Source: Acidobacteriota bacterium (GTDB taxonomy: Bacteria; Acidobacteriota; Polarisedimenticolia; Gp22-AA2). From it: 54,388 nucleotides of DNA. Positions 48,512 through 54,388 of this stretch are shown one piece after another. The notes beneath the pieces were generated by a model, which was given only the letters and a program-made list of their open reading frames with translations, did no database searches and was not told where the DNA came from. A program made the translations under genes and the position numbers. Every line of letters starts with the position of its first letter. Positions within the stretch are counted from its first letter, which is position 1. The DNA lies in assembly GCA_041482595.1 (NCBI GenBank), contig JBGPED010000001.1, positions 1 to 54,388 on the forward strand, written 5' to 3'.

Positions 48512-50782
48512 ATGCCAAAATCGATGTTCGTCAACGTGACCGCGGAAGAAGAAAACCGCGTCGCGATCGTTGAGAACGGCGTCCTCGACGTCTTCGAGAT
48601 CGAAACCCTCAGCAAGGAACATCTCAAGGGCAATATCTTCAAGGTCGTGGTGGAGGGGATCAACCCCGCCCTGGAGGCCGCCTTCGTCAACTACGGGGGT
48701 GAGCGCGCCGGCTTCCTGCCGCTCGACGAGGTCAACTTCAAGCTCTATCCCAGCCGCAACGGCGGCCAGGCGGCCGGCAAGGGCCGGGGTGCGCGGATCA
48801 GCCGTCATCTCGACAAGGGGATGGAGGTCCTGGTCCAGGTCATCCGGGACGCCTTCGGCAACAAGCCCCCGACCATGAGCACCTACTATTCCCTGCCGGG
48901 ACGGTATCTCGTCCTGATGCCGGGGGCCGACGCCGCCGGCATCTCCCGGAAGATCGAGAGCGTCGAGCAGCGCGAGCGGCTGCGGAAAATCCTCGACGAG
49001 CTGACGGTGCCGCCCGGCTTCGGCGTGATCGTGCGCACCGCGGGCATGGACACGAGCCCGCGCGAGCTCCAGGCGGACCTCGAATCGCTCATGGAGCTGT
49101 GGAGGACCATCGAGACCGCCGCCGAGCAGGTGAAGCCTCCCGCCCTGATCTTCCAGGAACGAGATCTCGTCATCCGCACCATCCGGGACTACTTCACCTC
49201 CGACATCGAGGAGGTCCTGATCGACGACGAACCCGCCTACCTGCGCGCCCGGAAGTTCTTCGAGGCCCACATGCCCGACAAGGCGGACGTGGTGAAGCTC
49301 TATACCGGCGACAAGCCGATCTTCACCAAGCACAACGTCGAAGACCAGATCGAGCGCATCTACAAGCGCACGGTCCAGCTCAAATCGGGCGGCTCGATCT
49401 CCATCGATCAAACCGAGGCACTGACCGCCATCGACGTGAACTCGGCCCGCTCGATCCGCTCGGCCAGCAGCGAGGACACCGCCACGCGCACCAACCTGGA
49501 GGCCGCGGAGGAAATCGCCCGGCAGTTGCGCCTGCGCGACATCGGCGGCCTCATCGTCATCGATTTCATCGACATGGAGTCGAGCAAGCACATCCGGCAG
49601 GCGGAGCGGGCCTTCGCCGATGCCATGTCGCGAGACAAGGCGCGCTACGACGTCACGCGCATCAGCAAGCTCGGCCTGATGGAGGTCTCGCGCCAGCGCA
49701 TCCGTTCCACCAAGGCCTCTTCGTCGTTCATGGAGTGCCCGACCTGCCAGGGCGACGGCACCGTCCGAACTCCCGAGGCCGCGGCGCGCGCCGCCTTCCG
49801 CAAGATCCAGGCGCGCGTCGTGAAGGGCGACATCTCGGGCGTGAAGGTCTTTCTGCCGCCGGAGGTCGCCCTCCACCTTCTCAACCAGAAGCGGGACGAT
49901 CTGGCGCGTCTCGAGGGGCGCTACAGAGTGTCGATCGAGGTGGCGCCGGAAGAGCGCATGAAGGCCAGTCAGTTCGAGATCGAGGAGGTCCGCCGCGAGG
50001 AGCCCGAGGTGGTGCCGATGGTCACCGCCGACACGGTGGACAAGGCGCTGGTCTCGGGGACGCTGCAGCCCGTGCCGCGGCCCCTGGAGACGCCGGAGAG
50101 CGCGGCACCTCCCCAGCCGCAGCGCGAAGCGGCCGAGGGCACCTCCCGTCGCAGGCGACGGCGCCGTCATCGCAAGACCGGAGGCGCCATGACCACGCCC
50201 CATCAGGACGCTGCGCAGCGGCCCGAAGGCGACATGGCGACCGCCCCGGCCCCTCCCGGCGGCGCACCGGCCTCCCCCGGGGCGTCCGATGGGCGCCCGG
50301 GAGACCAGGACGAGTCTCCTGTCTACTCCGAGGGACCCGAGGACGAGACGAGAGTCCGGATCCCGCCGCGGGCGGAAGGAGTCCCCGGCCCGGCCATGCC
50401 GCGATTCGCGGATCTCCCGGCGACGGAAGGTCTCCAGGGTACTCCCCATCGCAGACGGCGCCGGCGGCGACATCGTGGACGGGGGGGACCCGGGACGCAC
50501 GCGGCCGCATCGCCGCAAAGCGAAGCCCGGTCAGCGTTCGGGAACCAGAGGGGAGGAGCGACGCAGCGCGGAAACGGCTCCGCCGACTCGGCCCGGCAGG
50601 AAGCCTCGGCGCCCCCGAGATCCGAGCCCGCACTGTCGCCACCCGCTCCTAGACCGCCCCAGGAAATCGACGCCGGCCCGCCGCCGGCCGGGCGGGCTGC
50701 GACCGAGGGCGTCCCGGCGGACGCGCAGGCCGAGGCCAAGCCCAAGCGGCGCTGGTGGCGGCGCTCGTCCAGCAAAGGCTGA
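48512..50782 (+). CDS. rne: ribonuclease E/G family endoribonuclease with disordered Arg-rich C-terminal half
   Basis: ATG 48512 with a GAGGAG SD. S1 domain (GNIFKVVVEGINPALEAAFVNYG), catalytic core (TEALTAIDVNSA, GGLIVIDFIDM), Zn-link CPTCQGDG. Confidence 0.9.
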   Translation: MPKSMFVNVTAEEENRVAIVENGVLDVFEIETLSKEHLKGNIFKVVVEGINPALEAAFVNYGGERAGFLPLDEVNFKLYPSRNGGQAAGKGRGARISRHLDKGMEVLVQVIRDAFGNKPPTMSTYYSLPGRYLVLMPGADAAGISRKIESVEQRERLRKILDELTVPPGFGVIVRTAGMDTSPRELQADLESLMELWRTIETAAEQVKPPALIFQERDLVIRTIRDYFTSDIEEVLIDDEPAYLRARKFFEAHMPDKADVVKLYTGDKPIFTKHNVEDQIERIYKRTVQLKSGGSISIDQTEALTAIDVNSARSIRSASSEDTATRTNLEAAEEIARQLRLRDIGGLIVIDFIDMESSKHIRQAERAFADAMSRDKARYDVTRISKLGLMEVSRQRIRSTKASSSFMECPTCQGDGTVRTPEAAARAAFRKIQARVVKGDISGVKVFLPPEVALHLLNQKRDDLARLEGRYRVSIEVAPEERMKASQFEIEEVRREEPEVVPMVTADTVDKALVSGTLQPVPRPLETPESAAPPQPQREAAEGTSRRRRRRRHRKTGGAMTTPHQDAAQRPEGDMATAPAPPGGAPASPGASDGRPGDQDESPVYSEGPEDETRVRIPPRAEGVPGPAMPRFADLPATEGLQGTPHRRRRRRRHRGRGGPGTHAAASPQSEARSAFGNQRGGATQRGNGSADSARQEASAPPRSEPALSPPAPRPPQEIDAGPPPAGRAATEGVPADAQAEAKPKRRWWRRSSSKG

Positions 50783-50794
50783 TCGGAACGGTTC

Positions 50795-51373
50795 ATGGCG
50801 CTCAAGCTCCTCCACTTTGAGGCCTGTCCCTTCTGTGAAAAGGTCAGGCTGTCCCTCAAGCACATGGAACTGCCGTACGAGGCCGAGGTCATCGAGCCGG
50901 GCGATCGCAGGCGGGTCGAGGAGGTCTCCGGGCAGAGACTGGTCCCGGTCCTGTGCGACGAGGAGCGCGTCATTCCCGATTCCACCCGCATCCTTCGCTA
51001 CCTCATCGCGCGCTATGGCGACACGAACATGCTCCCGGGCGATCCGGCCGAGCAGGCGCTCGCCTGGATCGTGGAGGATTACGCAGACGAGGTCCTCGGT
51101 CCTCTCCTGCGTTCGATCCTCGAGGACCGGACCGCTTCCGGCGCCCCCCTGCAGCCCGCCGAGCGCCGCGAGCTCGAGCGGCACCTCGAGACGCAGTTCC
51201 GCAATCTCGAGCAGCTCTTCTCGCAACGCGCCCACGCGTTCGGAAACAGACCCGGGCTGGCCGACATCTCTCTGTACGCCTTCCTCGGCAGCCTGGTTCG
51301 ATTCGGCCGGCGCGAGATCTCCTCCGGGTTTCCGCACCTGAAATCGTGGTACGGCAGGATGGAGAGTCTCTAG
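50795..51373 (+). CDS. glutathione S-transferase-fold protein with Grx-like CPFC N-terminus (Grx2-like)
   Basis: LLHFEACPFCEKVRLSL...LVPVL...IPDSTRILRYL (thioredoxin-fold GST_N), then a helical GST_C-like half. Confidence 0.75.
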   Translation: MALKLLHFEACPFCEKVRLSLKHMELPYEAEVIEPGDRRRVEEVSGQRLVPVLCDEERVIPDSTRILRYLIARYGDTNMLPGDPAEQALAWIVEDYADEVLGPLLRSILEDRTASGAPLQPAERRELERHLETQFRNLEQLFSQRAHAFGNRPGLADISLYAFLGSLVRFGRREISSGFPHLKSWYGRMESL

Positions 51374-51384
51374 GAGTCCCGCGA

Positions 51385-52359
51385 TCAGGCGGCGACCAGG
51401 ACCTGGAAGAATTCCTCGATCGCGTCGATGAACTGTGAGACCGAGATCATGCTGTTGATCTGCTGGCGCAGGACCCGGCCGTTGGGCAGGCCGTGCGTAT
51501 ACCAGCCGGTGAAGGTGCGGATCTTGTGCAGGGCGAAGCGCTCCTCTTCGCGCTCGCGCAGAAGCGAGAAGTGGTACAGGATGAGGTCGCGCCGCTCTTC
51601 GATCGAAGGTTCCCGGGGCAGGGCGCCCGCCCGCGCCGCGGCGATCTGACGGAAGATCCACGGGTTCTTGATGGCCGCCCGGCCGATCATGACGCCGTCG
51701 CATCCGGTGGCCTCCCAGAGGGCAAGAGCGTCGGCAGGCTCCTCCACATCGCCGTTGCCGCTCACGGGGATCCGAACCGCCTCCTTGAGCCTGCGGATAC
51801 GCTCCCAGTCGGCCTTGCCGCTGAACATCTGGCGCGCCGTCCGCGCGTGCAGGGCCACGGCATCCACCCCCTCCGACTCGCAGATCCGCCCCAGCTCGAG
51901 ATAGTTCGATCGCGCCTCGTCCAGGCCCACTCGGAACTTGACGGTGAGCGGAATGGTGACGCGTCGCCGGACCGTCCGGATGATGTCCCGGGCCAGCCCG
52001 AGGTCGCCCATCAGGGCGGCGCCGGCACACCCCTTGAGAACCTTGTTCGCGGGACAGCCCATGTTGATGTCGACGACGTCGGCGCCGAGCGCCTGGACGA
52101 ATTCAGCCGCCTCGGCCATGCGCTGCGGATGGCTGCCGTAGATCTGAATGGCCAGTGGCCGCTCCTCCTCGGAAAACTCCATCATGTGGCGCGTCTTCTC
52201 ATTGCCCCGGGTCAGCGCCTCCGAGGAAATGAACTCCATCGTGACCAGGCCGACTCCGCCGATCCGCTTCAGGATGAGGCGGAAATACTGGTCGGTGATC
52301 CCGGCCATGGGGGCCAGGATGGTGGGCTCGTCGAGAGCGACGTGACCGATGCGCATCAT
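51385..52359 (-). CDS. dusB: tRNA-dihydrouridine synthase
   Basis: ATG 52359. ILAPMAGITD..., INMGCPANKV (catalytic Cys), TVKFRVG, ALHARTA, PVSGNGD. Confidence 0.9.
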   Translation of the reverse strand: MMRIGHVALDEPTILAPMAGITDQYFRLILKRIGGVGLVTMEFISSEALTRGNEKTRHMMEFSEEERPLAIQIYGSHPQRMAEAAEFVQALGADVVDINMGCPANKVLKGCAGAALMGDLGLARDIIRTVRRRVTIPLTVKFRVGLDEARSNYLELGRICESEGVDAVALHARTARQMFSGKADWERIRRLKEAVRIPVSGNGDVEEPADALALWEATGCDGVMIGRAAIKNPWIFRQIAAARAGALPREPSIEERRDLILYHFSLLREREEERFALHKIRTFTGWYTHGLPNGRVLRQQINSMISVSQFIDAIEEFFQVLVAA

Positions 52360-52398
52360 GGGACTCGTATTCTCGCACGGCGCTATGCAGGCGCTGCC

Positions 52399-52440
52399 AA
52401 AAAAAACGAGCGCCCCGTCCCGTCTCCGGGAGGGGCGCTC
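52399..52440 (-). terminator. rho-independent terminator after the Cys-rich protein gene
   Basis: Minus strand reads GAGCGCCCC-tcccggagacgggac-GGGGCGCTC followed by GTTTTTTTTGG. Confidence 0.8.
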
Positions 52441-52465
52441 GAGGTCTCGTTCCATTCCGCCCGAA

Positions 52466-53008
52466 CTAGGGGTTAGGATCCGATGGGCTCTGCTGCCCCG
52501 GCGGAATCACCGACTTGCAAAACTTGGCACAGGAGGAAGCGAAATCGCAAAGGGCGGGACTCGGGTCACAGCCAAGAGCGGCTTTGCAGCAATCCTGGCA
52601 GATCCCCCGGTTAAATGAATCCAGGCACTGCGTCGGGAGATCGGTGTCCGGGCTGATGCTGGAGGCGCTGCTGGCTAGCCCCGCGACGGCAGCAAGCTGG
52701 TCCGCCTTCCCCGCCGTGACGGCACTGTTGGGGTTCGTGCTGGAAACCCGCAGCCCCAGATCGGCGAGGATCCTGGCGGCCGTCCCTTCGGTAAGACTCG
52801 CGTTCACGTCGTCGATCTTCACACCGAGCGACTTGAGGGACTGGACGGCGGCGCTCGGGGTGGTCACCGGCTGACCGATCGCCTTCGTCACCTTCACGGC
52901 AAAATCACCCACCGTGACGGTGGATTTCTGCGCGTTGCTCGCCGCCGCAAATCCGGCCACGGTCAGCGCGGCGCTGACCGCGAGGACCAGCAAGGACTTC
53001 CTCATCAT
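52466..53008 (-). CDS. secreted protein with C-terminal Cys-rich module (paralog 1)
   Basis: Sec signal MMRKSLLVLAVSAALTVAGFAAASNA. C-terminal QCLDSFNRGICQDCCKAALGCDPSPALCDFASSCAKFCKSV..SPSDPNP (8 Cys). Has its own SD, promoter candidate and terminator. Confidence 0.75.
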   Translation of the reverse strand: MMRKSLLVLAVSAALTVAGFAAASNAQKSTVTVGDFAVKVTKAIGQPVTTPSAAVQSLKSLGVKIDDVNASLTEGTAARILADLGLRVSSTNPNSAVTAGKADQLAAVAGLASSASSISPDTDLPTQCLDSFNRGICQDCCKAALGCDPSPALCDFASSCAKFCKSVIPPGQQSPSDPNP

Positions 53009-53114
53009 TTGGGCTCCCCCCTCAGGTGGCTACCGAGTCGGTATCTATAGACTATGGATCAATCCAGTCGCGCCTGGCCGTCCGTGACTTCAGAGTTAGG
53101 GATAAGCGCACCCT

Positions 53115-53143
53115 AATCTACGGCTAAACAATTCGGGCGTCAA
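53115..53143 (-). promoter_or_regulatory. candidate promoter TTGACG-N17-TAGATT for paralog 1
   Basis: Minus strand reads cTTGACGcccgaattgtttagccgTAGATT, about 100 nt upstream of ATG 53008. Confidence 0.4.
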
Positions 53144-53268
53144 GCAGCTTTTTCCGCGCCCCGGCTTCCCATGGACAGAGGGTGAGGGTGTCCTGACTCT
53201 TTATTCAGCAGGGTTATTTTTCACCACATGGGCAAGGTGGCCCATGGATGGATGTCTCCCGGTACCCC

Positions 53269-53793
53269 TCAGGGAAGGGGCTCGCTCGGGCTCGGCTTGT
53301 TGATCACCATGCACGCCTTGGCGCAGGAACTGGCCCCGCCACCGAGAGCCTTGCAGCAGTCGACGCAAAGACCATGGTTCTTCTCATCGAAGCAGGTATC
53401 CACGGTATCCGTCAGGCCGGACTTCCCGATGGTCGACCCGGTCTTGGGTGCTGCCGTGGCCAGCGACGAACGGAACTGCCGTACCAGGACGTCGGCCTGC
53501 TCTCGCCTCAGGAGACGATCAGGATTGGACGTCGTGGCGGCAATGCCCGCCTTCTGGAGAATGGCGACCGCGCCTGCCTCGGTGAGGGGTGCTTTCACGC
53601 TCTTTCCGAGATCGGTCGTCATGAGCCGCCTCGAAACCTCGGTGGCTCCGGCCATCCGGGCAACCAGGGAGAGATCGCGGGAGAGGTCGCTCGCGGTGAC
53701 GCCTGAGGCGGGTTTGCCGGTCGCTGCGAAAGTCAGCGCGATCGCGCCCAAGGCCATCGCCGCCAGAAAAATCGAAGTCTGCACTTTCTTCAT
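53269..53793 (-). CDS. secreted protein with C-terminal Cys-rich module (paralog 2)
   Basis: Sec signal MKKVQTSIFLAAMALGAIALTFAA. C-terminal TCFDEKNHGLCVDCCKALGGGASSCAKACMV..SPSEPLP (6 Cys). GGAGG SD. Confidence 0.75.
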   Translation of the reverse strand: MKKVQTSIFLAAMALGAIALTFAATGKPASGVTASDLSRDLSLVARMAGATEVSRRLMTTDLGKSVKAPLTEAGAVAILQKAGIAATTSNPDRLLRREQADVLVRQFRSSLATAAPKTGSTIGKSGLTDTVDTCFDEKNHGLCVDCCKALGGGASSCAKACMVINKPSPSEPLP

Positions 53794-53853
53794 CGTTGCC
53801 GGCCTCCGTATCTACGCTGGAAGGAACACAGGACACCCCGTGCGGCCACGGAT

Positions 53854-53882
53854 CATTTACGGCGATCCGTCAGGATTGTCAA
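53854..53882 (-). promoter_or_regulatory. candidate promoter TTGACA-N17-TAAATG for paralog 2, overlapped by a 7-bp inverted repeat
   Basis: Minus strand reads TTGACAatcctgacggatcgccgTAAATG. ACGGATC-N9-GATCCGT (53848-53870) spans the spacer and -10. Confidence 0.35.
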
Positions 53883-53883
53883 C

Positions 53884-53903
53884 GCATTTTGCGGCATTTT
53901 GCG
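53884..53903. repeat. perfect tandem direct repeat 2 x GCATTTTGCG
   Basis: gcattttgcg gcattttgcg, immediately upstream (minus-strand sense) of the -35 at 53877-53882. Confidence 0.7.
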
Positions 53904-53988
53904 GCCGATCGAACATGGCGAGCCGATCATACCTGTCTTGCCCGAGCCGTGCGGACAATCACGTCTTCCAGTGTCTCACCGAAATCGC

Positions 53989-54016
53989 TTGACAACCAGT
54001 CGCTTGACGGTACTAA
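53989..54016 (+). promoter_or_regulatory. candidate promoter TTGACA-N16-TACTAA for the beta-helix protein gene
   Basis: The -35 sits inside the first of two TCGCTTGAC direct repeats (53985-53993 and 54000-54008). About 150-nt leader. Confidence 0.35.
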
Positions 54017-54172
54017 AGGCAAGAACTTCACGAACAGATGGCCGACTCTGGATCTTCGGAGGGATCGTGACCAGGACGCCTGGAGGGAGGCGTTTCGGTC
54101 GCCCGACCGAACGCGCAGCGACGTCATCACCCTCCCCCGCACCAGGACCGGATGGGGGGGGCGACGCCACGC

Positions 54173-54388
54173 ATGCGGGCTGACGCTCGAACCGGCATCA
54201 ACAGGCTCATCTCCTGCGCGCTGGCGGTGTGCGCGCTGGGGGTGGTGGCGCGCCTGGTGGTGGCGGCCGGGACGATCACGCTGTACGTGGACGACAACAG
54301 CACCTGCACGAGCGGCTGCGGCAGCCAGGCCGCCCCGTACCGCACCATCCAGGCCGCCATCGACGACGCCGACAACCAGCTCATCGCC
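54173..54388 (+). CDS. secreted right-handed beta-helix (pectate-lyase-fold/DUF1565-like) protein, 3' end cut by window edge
   Basis: Not in the ORF track because no stop falls within the window. The frame from ATG 54173 reads MRADARTGINRLISCALAVCALGVVARLVVAAGTITLYVDDNSTCTSGCGSQAAPYRTIQAAIDDADNQLIA, a typical N-terminus for this family. Confidence 0.6.
   Translation, partial: MRADARTGINRLISCALAVCALGVVARLVVAAGTITLYVDDNSTCTSGCGSQAAPYRTIQAAIDDADNQLIA

Noticed and set aside
48509-50518. 669-aa ORF antisense to rne
   Set aside because: It is a shadow of the RNase E gene. The S1 domain, catalytic motifs and Zn-link are all on the plus strand.
53899-54183. Three overlapping 60-94-aa ORFs in the spacer before the beta-helix gene
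   Set aside because: They have no SD and no coding bias, and they mutually overlap on both strands in an AT-richer promoter/leader region.

Overview
This is a GC-rich, stop-codon-poor chromosomal segment from a diderm bacterium (it has LptD, an outer-membrane beta-barrel protein and a b558-type SdhC). The style resembles Acidobacteriota-like genomes, but that is only a guess. I call about 53 protein-coding genes. They are tightly packed, with many 4-bp ATGA/GTGA start/stop overlaps. I saw no rRNA, tRNA, tmRNA, CRISPR array, transposase/integrase or recognisable defence genes. Nearly every real gene casts a long antisense shadow ORF, and I discarded those.

Most of the content is housekeeping:
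- heat-shock cluster clpB-hsp20-htpX-grpE
- ECF sigma/anti-sigma followed by UbiA and NPP genes
- envelope operon: Memo-like, lptD, rfbD, SDR, prenol-kinase/DUF92 fusion
- nitrilase plus B12-radical-SAM/TPR
- efp-FAH-LemA-M48-polytopic membrane protein
- nadE-rsmI-smpB and thiS-thiG
- DUF1611 plus dipeptide-epimerase pair
- sigma54 activator and a GGDEF/EAL operon
- fdhD, ispH, acs, sdhCAB, rne, dusB

The observations most worth a second look:
1. A self-contained sigma54-promoter -> 70-aa orphan protein -> intrinsic-terminator unit sits in an AT-richer spacer, divergent from an atypical orphan sigma54 activator.
2. Two tandem, separately transcribed secreted paralogs share a novel Cys-rich C-terminal module. 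They lie in an AT-richer patch next to a beta-helix protein.
3. A single ORF fuses a VTE5-like polyprenol kinase to a DUF92/VTE6-like domain.
4. EF-P has Asn instead of the modifiable Lys/Arg at the loop tip.
5. A Memo-like gene is separated from its usual partners and faces a nitrilase plus class-B radical SAM pair.
6. A membrane-protein ORF has no stop codon until it has run antisense through two neighbouring genes.
7. Several genes show a recurring -10 hexamer placed 6 nt from the start codon, which suggests leaderless mRNAs.

All family calls come from motif recognition by eye. No database search was run.
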